A stretch of 38,575 nt of DNA from Promethearchaeota archaeon. Its GTDB lineage: Archaea > Asgardarchaeota > Lokiarchaeia > Sigyniarchaeales > SOKP01. The notes under the pieces are model-generated. The model was not told the DNA's origin. It did not search any database and saw nothing but the letters and a program-made list of their open reading frames with translations. A program made the translations under genes and the position numbers. The stretch spans positions 1 through 38,575 of the forward strand of contig RDOA01000034.1 of NCBI GenBank assembly GCA_011364925.1. The letters are read 5' to 3'. Numbering within the stretch: the first letter of the stretch is position 1; every line of letters begins with the position of its first letter. Shown here piece after piece: positions 1 to 8,328 of the stretch.

Positions 1-185
1 ATAATAAGTCTTGTCAAGCCATAAATTATAAAAATAATAGGAATAGGTACACCCAGCTCAGCCTCATAAAAGAAGAATAAGTATATAGATAAGAACATAT
101 CTAAACCCAGCAAGCTAAAAAAAGGAACAGTAAAGGATATAACTGTTAGCGCGGTTGGAAATTTCCGATCAAAACTATTAAACAT
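1..185 (-). CDS. MFS (GPH/MelB-like) transporter, N-terminal part; runs off the window
   Basis: Manual translation from ATG at 185: MFNSFDRKFPTALTVISFTVPFFSLLGLDMFLSIYLFFFYEAELGVPIPIIFIIYGLTRLI, open to the edge. Hydrophobic, and 'YLFFFYE..LG' resembles the GPH-family TM1-2 region. Confidence 0.6.
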   Translation of the reverse strand, partial: MFNSFDRKFPTALTVISFTVPFFSLLGLDMFLSIYLFFFYEAELGVPIPIIFIIYGLTRLI

Positions 186-362
186 AATTCTTCTGAATTT
201 TTATTAATTTGGTTATTTTAATTTTAACAGAACATACTATATAAATTTTCATGAAAAGCTTGATGCCAATTCAGAATTGAAATTTCGTATATCTTAGTTA
301 CTAATAACTGGTAATCTATAATTAATATACACTATTTTATGAAACAATATTGGGGATTTATT

Positions 363-1829
363 ATGGTAAATGCGATATTAATTATTATCGATACATTGAG
401 ACAAGATCATGTAGGGGCGTACGGTAACACATGGATAAAGACGCCTCATTTGGACGCGTTTGCTAAAGAGTCAGTGAAATTCACTAGAATGTATCCCGAG
501 TCATTACCTACTCTCCCAGCGCGAAAAGCAATCTATACAGGAAAACGGGTATTTCCTTTTACTGATGATAAACTTGGAGAGACAAAAACAGCTAGAGGGG
601 ACTTCATTGCTAACGCTCTCGGTGCTCCAGGATGGAGTTCTATTTCTGATTCACAAGATACTCTTGCAGAGCGATTTAAGCGCAAGAAATACGTATCGGC
701 TTTATTTTCTGATGTATATCACCAATCTAAACCTGGATATAATTTCCAACGTGGATTTGATCAATGGAAATGGATTCGAGGGCAAGAAGAAGATGCATTT
801 CTTTCTGGGCCACGGATTTCAGAAGAAGATCTCGAGAAATATCTTACAACTAAAGACGATGGGATAACTGCAGGTACATTATTCGCACAACATATGATGC
901 GTCGATTCCTTCAAAATACTCGCTGGTGGCGCTCTGAAGCGGATACATTTACTGCCCAAGTATTTCGAGCAGCGGGAGAATGGCTTGACATGAATTACAA
1001 CACATTAATAAACGGAAAAGGATTTATGACGGTGGAATCATTCGATCCTCACGAACCTTGGTACCCACCACTTCATTACGTCCGTTTGTACGAGAAAGAT
1101 CCTGATTGGGAAAAAGGTTGTCGAAAAGTAGCGCATTCCCTTTACGGACCGGCAAGTATACTTTCAGATAGGGAACTAAAAAATTTAAGGACAAAATATG
1201 CAGCAGAGGTGTCTCTTGTGGATACGTGGTTCGGTTACTTTATAGATTATATCAAACGCATTGGTATTTGGGATAATTCAATCATTGTAGTAGTTTCTGA
1301 TCACGGACACATGATAGGAGAGCACGGGCTCGTTGCAAAAGCTGCTAATCCTCTTAGACGCGAAGTAGCTGATCTTGTTGCTATGATTCGTTTTCCTGGG
1401 GGCGAATTGAGTGGTACAACTTGCGAAAAGTTTTGTTACCATCACGACATCGCAACTACGCTTTGCGAGATTTGTGGCGTCTCTGCAAATTACATGGATG
1501 GTAAGAACTTATCGAAGCTGGTTCAAGATGAGGATTTGACATATTACGATCATGTTACGATAGCTTGGGGCGGTTCAGTAGCAGTATATGACGGGGATTT
1601 TTGGTACAACGGTTATGTATGGGATATAAAAGGTGGAAGTCTGTTTGATGTCAATAAAGATCCTAAATTAACGCACGATATAATTCTCGAAAACCCCAAC
1701 AAGGCAAGGGAATTACTAAAGATGAGTTGGGAAGATGCAGGAGAACCAATTGATATGGATTTTATGCGAAAATATAAAGATTTATTAGGTTGTACACCTG
1801 TCGCCAGAAGACTTACAAAACAAGAGTAA
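363..1829 (+). CDS. Sulfatase / alkaline-phosphatase-superfamily hydrolase
   Basis: Motifs IIIDTLRQDH, TLPARKAIYTG, DPHEP and VSDHG. ATG 363 (MVNAILIIID) is a likelier start than 339. Confidence 0.88.
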   Translation: MVNAILIIIDTLRQDHVGAYGNTWIKTPHLDAFAKESVKFTRMYPESLPTLPARKAIYTGKRVFPFTDDKLGETKTARGDFIANALGAPGWSSISDSQDTLAERFKRKKYVSALFSDVYHQSKPGYNFQRGFDQWKWIRGQEEDAFLSGPRISEEDLEKYLTTKDDGITAGTLFAQHMMRRFLQNTRWWRSEADTFTAQVFRAAGEWLDMNYNTLINGKGFMTVESFDPHEPWYPPLHYVRLYEKDPDWEKGCRKVAHSLYGPASILSDRELKNLRTKYAAEVSLVDTWFGYFIDYIKRIGIWDNSIIVVVSDHGHMIGEHGLVAKAANPLRREVADLVAMIRFPGGELSGTTCEKFCYHHDIATTLCEICGVSANYMDGKNLSKLVQDEDLTYYDHVTIAWGGSVAVYDGDFWYNGYVWDIKGGSLFDVNKDPKLTHDIILENPNKARELLKMSWEDAGEPIDMDFMRKYKDLLGCTPVARRLTKQE

Positions 1830-1843
1830 TATTAAAAAAAAAG

Positions 1844-2392
1844 TTATTCTATTTCTAAAGAAAATTCATCAGATTCCTCTTTCAAATTTAATTCATTGAT
1901 AAAGTTCGCATAGTTAGCGTTGACGAAATCAAATGTAAGCAATTTTTTATTATCATCCAATCTAATCTTTATGAAATCATCAATTTTAATTTTAGTCCTC
2001 ATCTTTGCTTTATAATTCAGGAATGGTAAAACTATAGATATTGCAATAAGACTCATACATAGAAATAATGAATAAAAAACGAAGTATAAAGATATACCTA
2101 ATGGTAGTCCGATAAGAGTAGAAAAGAACAATAACTTACCACTCTTACTTGAATATCCTGTGGCCATTTTGAGTTTTTCGGAACATTCAAAACAAATTGG
2201 TAAACTTAGGGAATAATCCAGTTTGTAGTCTTTATCTACTTTATATGTACCTAAAATTGTCTTTTTATATTGATGTTCTGCTATCTTGCCACACGCAATA
2301 CAAATTTTAGGAAACAGAATCTCCTTAGGATCGATAAAATTAACTTCTTTAACCCCCTCCGGTGACATCTCTCTTTTTTTAATTGATGACAT
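1844..2392 (-). CDS. Hypothetical membrane protein with two CxxC motifs (zinc ribbon) and 2 TM helices
   Basis: CIAC...CFEC followed by two hydrophobic segments. Its ATG directly abuts the stop of the upstream caspase gene. Confidence 0.7.
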   Translation of the reverse strand: MSSIKKREMSPEGVKEVNFIDPKEILFPKICIACGKIAEHQYKKTILGTYKVDKDYKLDYSLSLPICFECSEKLKMATGYSSKSGKLLFFSTLIGLPLGISLYFVFYSLFLCMSLIAISIVLPFLNYKAKMRTKIKIDDFIKIRLDDNKKLLTFDFVNANYANFINELNLKEESDEFSLEIE

Positions 2393-4705
2393 TTAAAACA
2401 CCTTCCCGCAATTAATGCAAAATTTATTTGATTTATTGTTAACCTGACCACAACTCTCACATTTCTTCCCTGACTGTAAATATAAATCTGATATCGAACT
2501 TGAAGTAATTACTGAGCTTTTTAACAAGTCAAGAAGTATTTTTCTGATGTGCGAATTTGTTGGTTCAGGCACTCCTGAATTTAGAGCCTTTATCATGTAA
2601 TCAATAGCTGATTGGAAATCTCCTCGATTAAAGAACTGAAATGCTATATCTGCAAGCTGCTGCGCTTTTAAACCTTCTAAGGAATGCGGTGGTTGAGGAG
2701 GATGTAAGTTATATGTAATTGAATCAAATAAGCTTTTGATATCTACCTGAATTGAAGGTGTAGGTGTTGAATATCTAGGTTGATACCTAGCTACATCTTG
2801 GTATGCTGGTATTCTGGGTTTTGGTTTAAATATTGTTTCGATATTTAGGATATTATAATTTGGCTGATATTTAGCCACCCCGAATTTTCCTTTTAGTCGT
2901 TTTTCGCCTATTACGCGCTTCCTATGAATAATTTGAGACACAACGGCATAAGAACCAACAAAAGCGAGTATTACAATTCCAATTGAATTTAGAACAATTG
3001 TTATTAACGAAAATCTTGGGTCTAATGGATCGACTCCCCACGCTACTTCATCTCCATCTTTGAATCCATCTCCATCTGTATCTGGATTTGTTGGATCGGT
3101 GTGGTATTGATTTACTTCTAATCCATCATACAAGCCATCGTTATCAGTATCTGGATCAAGAGGATCTGTCGGACCATAAAACTCTTCATAATCAGATAAT
3201 CCGTCTCTGTCTGTATCGATTGATACATAACTTAATCCATATAATATCTCAATAGCATCATCGAGCAAATCGTTATCTGTATCTTCTGAAACAGTATTCT
3301 CTAAAACAATTAACTCATTTCCTTGGATTCTAGCTACAAGTGCATAGCCAGTAAGTCCCGATACTCCGTCTAGTTGGATTGTACCTGAATACGAGCCAAA
3401 ACCAGTGGTTGACGGCGCGCTCAAGGTCAAATCTTTAGTTTGATAGACGAGACTTTGAGTCCAGTTGTAAACAATGATATCCAATTTTTGAATTAAACCT
3501 GTTCCACAGAGGTCAAAAGAATATGAGAGAGAATTTCCAGTAGGTATCAAAGATAGTGAACCAAATGCGCTACTCAGAACTCCTTCTCCCGAAATTCCAT
3601 CATATTGCATAGGGTGATGAACATATCCGAGAGATGTTGATCTTGAAACTGTATTAGAATAGGTATAATTGTAGCATTCTTCCATTGATATTATATCATC
3701 ACCATTAAAATCAGTGGCATAATCGTTCGAATTTAAAAAGTAATACGTAAAACACCCATTCTGGTGATCACTATCTTCTAAACTTGATTCTTGCGCTAAA
3801 CATGCGGTCATTATATACCGCCCTACCTCCTGAACTTCATCTATTATACCTCCACTATTACACGAATCGCATATAACATATGCTTCAGCGCAATTTAAAG
3901 TATCTAATTTTGAATCGAGTAGTGTATCGATAAAGTAGTTATCTGGAGACGAAGGTAATGAATCGTAACTACATAAATATTGAGTATCAGTATATGTATA
4001 AGCTTCATACATATCGATTTCAAAACCCCAATCTGTGAACGAATTGTCTGTAATAAATCTTATGTATAAACTGTTATCGCTAAGAAGCGGAATCCACCCA
4101 GACCAGAAATCTGTGTGATATCCTGTATAATCCTCATAATACCAATCGTCATATAAATCAGTATCCCCTAAATATACAAAATCAAACCCACTCTCAAGAT
4201 TTACCTCATCAAAATGTACCCTCATATACGCGGCATTTTCATGGTAGATACTCCACATTGTATCCAAATTGTTTGTGTATGGATGAGAAGAACTAATTGA
4301 AGTACTATGAGGACCATCACTTACTACGTCCGTACCTCCATGTCCAGAATAGTAAAAAAAGAAAATGTCATTGTTATCAATCTGCGTTTCAATTTGATCA
4401 AAAGCATTGTTTATTGCACTTTTAGTAGCTTCTTTATCTTGAAGTAGAATAACATTTTCGGCTTTAAAGTTATATTCATCAATTAACATATCATAAACCT
4501 CGCGTGCATCGTCGTCACAGTATGACAAGTCATTATCATAGCCGGGATAATTTGAGATACCAACAACAATAGCATAGGCTTTTTTAACAGCTAAAAGTGC
4601 TGAGGTCCCAAGGTTTTCATAATCATTATCGTTATAGATACTCCTATATTGCTGAAAATATCCAAATAATGGAAATCCAAAACAGAATAGGCAAAAAATT
4701 ATCAA
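2393..4705 (-). CDS. Membrane-anchored C14 (metacaspase-like) peptidase with CUB insert, Ca-binding DxDxDG repeats, TM helix and C-terminal zinc ribbon
   Basis: AIVVGISNY, FFYYSGHG (His), ICDSCNSGG (Cys), MTAC, NGCFTYYF, HPM. CUB-like SSHPY...RVHFDEVNLESGFDFV...RFITD...WGF. C-terminal CESC...CINC. The TTG start is uncertain. Confidence 0.88.
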   Translation of the reverse strand: MIIFCLFCFGFPLFGYFQQYRSIYNDNDYENLGTSALLAVKKAYAIVVGISNYPGYDNDLSYCDDDAREVYDMLIDEYNFKAENVILLQDKEATKSAINNAFDQIETQIDNNDIFFFYYSGHGGTDVVSDGPHSTSISSSHPYTNNLDTMWSIYHENAAYMRVHFDEVNLESGFDFVYLGDTDLYDDWYYEDYTGYHTDFWSGWIPLLSDNSLYIRFITDNSFTDWGFEIDMYEAYTYTDTQYLCSYDSLPSSPDNYFIDTLLDSKLDTLNCAEAYVICDSCNSGGIIDEVQEVGRYIMTACLAQESSLEDSDHQNGCFTYYFLNSNDYATDFNGDDIISMEECYNYTYSNTVSRSTSLGYVHHPMQYDGISGEGVLSSAFGSLSLIPTGNSLSYSFDLCGTGLIQKLDIIVYNWTQSLVYQTKDLTLSAPSTTGFGSYSGTIQLDGVSGLTGYALVARIQGNELIVLENTVSEDTDNDLLDDAIEILYGLSYVSIDTDRDGLSDYEEFYGPTDPLDPDTDNDGLYDGLEVNQYHTDPTNPDTDGDGFKDGDEVAWGVDPLDPRFSLITIVLNSIGIVILAFVGSYAVVSQIIHRKRVIGEKRLKGKFGVAKYQPNYNILNIETIFKPKPRIPAYQDVARYQPRYSTPTPSIQVDIKSLFDSITYNLHPPQPPHSLEGLKAQQLADIAFQFFNRGDFQSAIDYMIKALNSGVPEPTNSHIRKILLDLLKSSVITSSSISDLYLQSGKKCESCGQVNNKSNKFCINCGKVF
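3020..3283 (-). repeat. Four thrombospondin-type-3-like Ca-binding repeats within the caspase gene
   Basis: DTDNDLLDD, DTDRDGLSD, DTDNDGLYD and DTDGDGFKD, with TDPLDP/TDPTNP/VDPLDP linkers. Confidence 0.8.
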
Positions 4706-4895
4706 AATTATTTTACTTCTAATAGGTGTCCACCCAGATTATTATATTCATAGATTACTAAAAGGCTTTTATCCACATTATCAAATTTGCAAGACCTTGT
4801 CTAATAACTATTAAATCTTCAAAGAGCCATATAAAAGTTATGGTTTTAAAAAGCCGTGTTCAATTGAAAATAAACAAATTTTTACAAATAAGTAA

Positions 4896-4943
4896 TATAT
4901 ATAAATAAGCCGAGGGTATTATTACTTATCCAATGTATATCAA
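4896..4943 (+). promoter_or_regulatory. Putative promoter, copy 1 (paralogous to 6764-6811)
   Basis: TATATATAAA TATA-like box. 37/48 nt match 6764-6811 by manual alignment, and the segment ends about 25 nt before ATG 4968. Confidence 0.6.
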
Positions 4944-4967
4944 CCCGAGATTAAGATGAGATAGCAT

Positions 4968-5042
4968 ATGACGTTAAAATCTCCAGATGGTAGCGATTTG
5001 CAAGTTTATTATAATAATTCTAATCACGATTATAATTGGTAA
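4968..5042 (+). pseudogene. 24-codon N-terminal remnant of a fourth CapA-like paralog
   Basis: MTLKSPDGSDLQVYYNNSNHDYNW* aligns with MALTNNNGDLLDNYYGTN (6837) and sits behind the same upstream element. Confidence 0.6.
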
Positions 5043-5104
5043 AAAAAATAATTTTTAGAATTCTTGAAACATTTGTATCCTGAATTTAAAAAATTGGTGA
5101 TAAT

Positions 5105-6592
5105 ATGAAGCTTCAAACTTCTAAAGATATTCCTTTGGATGAATATTATAGTTCAGAAGAGGGAAAGTCCGGAGGACAAGTGCAGCCAATAAAAGCTGAA
5201 AAGTGGGGAATTAGCCCTTATGAAATCGAAGAAACTCTTTATTATTTTTGTAAACAGGTAGCGTTACCTGGACTTGCCGGTGTTCTTATACCTTTAACAA
5301 TATTTTTTGGTATATTCGAGAATTCCTTTATTGAAACTCTGAGCTATATCATTTATGGAGTAGCAGCAATCCTGCTTATAAGTGTTGGGAGAGAATACAT
5401 AAGAGGATTAAGGTATAAAATTAAAGAGGGCGTAATATATTTACCGGGACCGTATTACCTTAAACATGAAGCAGAGGATTACTCACCTATTATAAATGAA
5501 ATAAGTGACGAACCAAAATACAAAATTGGATTTGTTGGGGATATTATGAAGATGAATGGTTTCGGCTTGAATTTTCACCCAGATATTAAAACCTTCTTTA
5601 AGGATACGGATTTGATAATTGGTAACTTAGAAGGGATTATTATTAATAAAAAGTGTCCAATTTTAAAACAAGGTCATTTAGTAGGCATTCTCGAAAAATT
5701 AGAAGCCCTATTAAGCGATAACAATATGTGGTTGTTGTGTTTAAGTAACAATCACGGAGAAGATTTCAGTAATACACAATTTAACGAAACTGTACACACA
5801 ATACAAAATTATTCAGATAAATTTAATGTTTTTGGGCGAGGAGACGTGTCTTTTATAAGTAACGAAAAAAAAGATTTATATGTAGCATGCGCTACACAAT
5901 GGAGTAACCAAAAAACATGGAACTACACCTTCAAATATAATAATCCCAGTATCGAACTTAACGACTATATTAACAGTGCTACGTATCCATTTCAACTCAT
6001 TCGAAATAATAATTTTAACATCCTTCTTCCTCATTGGGGCTTTGAAAACGAAAAGTACGTGAGAACAAGGTTTCAAGAAGATGCAAAAGCACTTTTAACG
6101 GGTATCCTACCTGATTATAAGTGGTTAAAAAAAATCTATAAAAAACGATTATTGAAAGGTATTTTTGCTCATCCAAATCACAAATGGGATCTTATTTTTG
6201 CTCATCACCCACATGTTCTTCAACCAATTATGACAGTTCCAGATACATTTAAAACCAAAGATGGAAAGACTATTCCTCTAAAAAAATTAGTAGTATTTTC
6301 TGCGGGAAACTTTACTTCGGGAGCTAACATCATTCGAAAAAAGAAACACATTTCTGGTATAATTATGAAGTGCGAGATTGGTCCTTTAAAAGAGTGTAAT
6401 GAAAAACTCGCTATTGGCAAGATGGAATGGCGTAGAACAAAAAATCTAAAAATACGAGTAAAAAGAAAACCCGCAAAATTAGTGTGTATTGACAGCGATA
6501 ATTATCGAACGTACAATAAACCCTTTCTCATTAATGGATTAATATTTTTTGGTATATTTCTTTTTGTCTATTTAATGAATTTGTTTTCTTAA
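5105..6592 (+). CDS. CapA/PGA_cap-family membrane metallophosphoesterase (paralog B1)
   Basis: FVGDIM, GNLEG, LSNNHGED, PHWGFE, AHHPHVLQP, SAGNF; two N-terminal TM helices and one C-terminal TM. Confidence 0.85.
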   Translation: MKLQTSKDIPLDEYYSSEEGKSGGQVQPIKAEKWGISPYEIEETLYYFCKQVALPGLAGVLIPLTIFFGIFENSFIETLSYIIYGVAAILLISVGREYIRGLRYKIKEGVIYLPGPYYLKHEAEDYSPIINEISDEPKYKIGFVGDIMKMNGFGLNFHPDIKTFFKDTDLIIGNLEGIIINKKCPILKQGHLVGILEKLEALLSDNNMWLLCLSNNHGEDFSNTQFNETVHTIQNYSDKFNVFGRGDVSFISNEKKDLYVACATQWSNQKTWNYTFKYNNPSIELNDYINSATYPFQLIRNNNFNILLPHWGFENEKYVRTRFQEDAKALLTGILPDYKWLKKIYKKRLLKGIFAHPNHKWDLIFAHHPHVLQPIMTVPDTFKTKDGKTIPLKKLVVFSAGNFTSGANIIRKKKHISGIIMKCEIGPLKECNEKLAIGKMEWRRTKNLKIRVKRKPAKLVCIDSDNYRTYNKPFLINGLIFFGIFLFVYLMNLFS

Positions 6593-6763
6593 ACTTTAAA
6601 TAGCCACGAAAAAGGTTTTTATTGATTTGAATTCATGATATTCAATAGAACACTTCCTAAGCAGTGTCAAAAGTTCTTTTTATAGTTTATAAGTGTAAAT
6701 AAGTTTGGTTTCAAGCTATCATCATTATATAAGAAATTTACTTTGATGTATAAAAAAGTAAGA

Positions 6764-6811
6764 TATATATATACAAGCTGAGTGTATAAATAACTATCCA
6801 ATGTTATTCAA
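6764..6811 (+). promoter_or_regulatory. Putative promoter, copy 2
   Basis: TATATATATA box and similarity to 4896-4943; ends about 26 nt before ATG 6837. Confidence 0.6.
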
Positions 6812-6836
6812 TTTAAAAATTTTAATTTGATATAAA

Positions 6837-8294
6837 ATGGCATTAACCAATAATAATGGCGATCTTCTTGATAATTATTACGGAACTAACATAGTTAATG
6901 GCGTTGTAACTGGACCTCATCCAGCTCCAGTTAGTCCGTGTGATCAGTCAACAACTTTTAATAAATGGGGGAACCCCTATGATCTTCAAGAGACGATATA
7001 CTGGATAATCAAGATGATAATCTTACCAATTTTAGCTAGTATATTAGTCATTTTTATAATAATACTCCCTACATTTGAAAATCCAATATTTGTTGCAATT
7101 AACGCAGTTTTAGCGCCTATTGCAAGCATTTATATTCTGATCGTGGCGAGAGAATCAGCAAGGGCTATATGGAACAGAATTCCGAATGATCTGCGAGTCA
7201 CTTCAGGGACTCCTTTAAATGATATATCAGCAGTTCAATTTAGAATCGGTTTTGTAGGAGACATTATGATGATGAACGGACATATACTTATGTTTGATCC
7301 TGCTGTTGTCAATTTTTTTAATGATGTAAATAATGTACATTTAATTATTGGTAATCTGGAAGGCATTGTAACAAATGATAAAGCTAAAGGTTCACAGCAA
7401 AGACATCTCCCTGTTATACTTGATGAGTTAGTTAGTGTATTGCCACCTAATTTAAAATGGACATTATGTTTAAGCAATAATCACAGTATAGACTATGGAA
7501 ATAAAGCCTTTCATACCTCTTTAATCGATATCCAAAAAAATCCTCAATTTAATGTTTTTGGTCGAAACGATATGAATAATGTATTAGTTCAAACATATCC
7601 CATAAGTATTGCTACTGGCACAGAATGGAGTAATCAAGACACTTGGGATTGTACTTCAAGATATAGAAATACAGAACTATGGACATATTATTCAAACACT
7701 AGATTAAATAATTTTAATAGATTCAATATCCTATTTCCGCATTGGGGATATGAAAATGAGCGATATGTTAGAAAAAGAATTCAGAAAGACGCCAAAGCAT
7801 TGTTAAATGGTGGAACGCAAACCTATACTAGATATCAGACATACATAAGAGAACGCCTTGATAAGGAAATTTTACCTGATCAGAATGGAAGAAAGTGGGA
7901 TTTAATTTTTGGTCATCACTCTCATACACCACAACCAATAATGAGTGTTTGTGATCATGTAAACGATATCGGATTCAATAAATTAGTCGCATTCTCTGGT
8001 GGAAATTTTACTTCGGGTGCCTGGATCATTCGTAGAAAAAAGCATATCTATGGGACTATTATGAAGTGCGATATTGGCCCTCTAACCAATTGTCCTACAA
8101 AGCTAGCTGTTGGAAATGTAGAATGGAGAACCACAGTAAATGTAAGGTCCACTTGTGGGGATAAAAAATATAAAACCGTGAGCATCTACAGTAGAAGATA
8201 TAGAACTTTTGCTCATTATCTATGGCAATTTCTCTTAGCTGTCGGTATAATAGCGTTAATACTCCTACTAAGGTATCTTGATTCGATCCTATGA
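6837..8294 (+). CDS. CapA/PGA_cap-family membrane metallophosphoesterase (paralog A)
   Basis: FVGDIM, GNLEG, LSNNHSID, PHWGYE, GHHSHTPQP, SGGNF; same TM layout as B1. Confidence 0.85.
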   Translation: MALTNNNGDLLDNYYGTNIVNGVVTGPHPAPVSPCDQSTTFNKWGNPYDLQETIYWIIKMIILPILASILVIFIIILPTFENPIFVAINAVLAPIASIYILIVARESARAIWNRIPNDLRVTSGTPLNDISAVQFRIGFVGDIMMMNGHILMFDPAVVNFFNDVNNVHLIIGNLEGIVTNDKAKGSQQRHLPVILDELVSVLPPNLKWTLCLSNNHSIDYGNKAFHTSLIDIQKNPQFNVFGRNDMNNVLVQTYPISIATGTEWSNQDTWDCTSRYRNTELWTYYSNTRLNNFNRFNILFPHWGYENERYVRKRIQKDAKALLNGGTQTYTRYQTYIRERLDKEILPDQNGRKWDLIFGHHSHTPQPIMSVCDHVNDIGFNKLVAFSGGNFTSGAWIIRRKKHIYGTIMKCDIGPLTNCPTKLAVGNVEWRTTVNVRSTCGDKKYKTVSIYSRRYRTFAHYLWQFLLAVGIIALILLLRYLDSIL

Positions 8295-8328
8295 ACATTT
8301 AGAATATCTGATTAATTATTGATAACAC

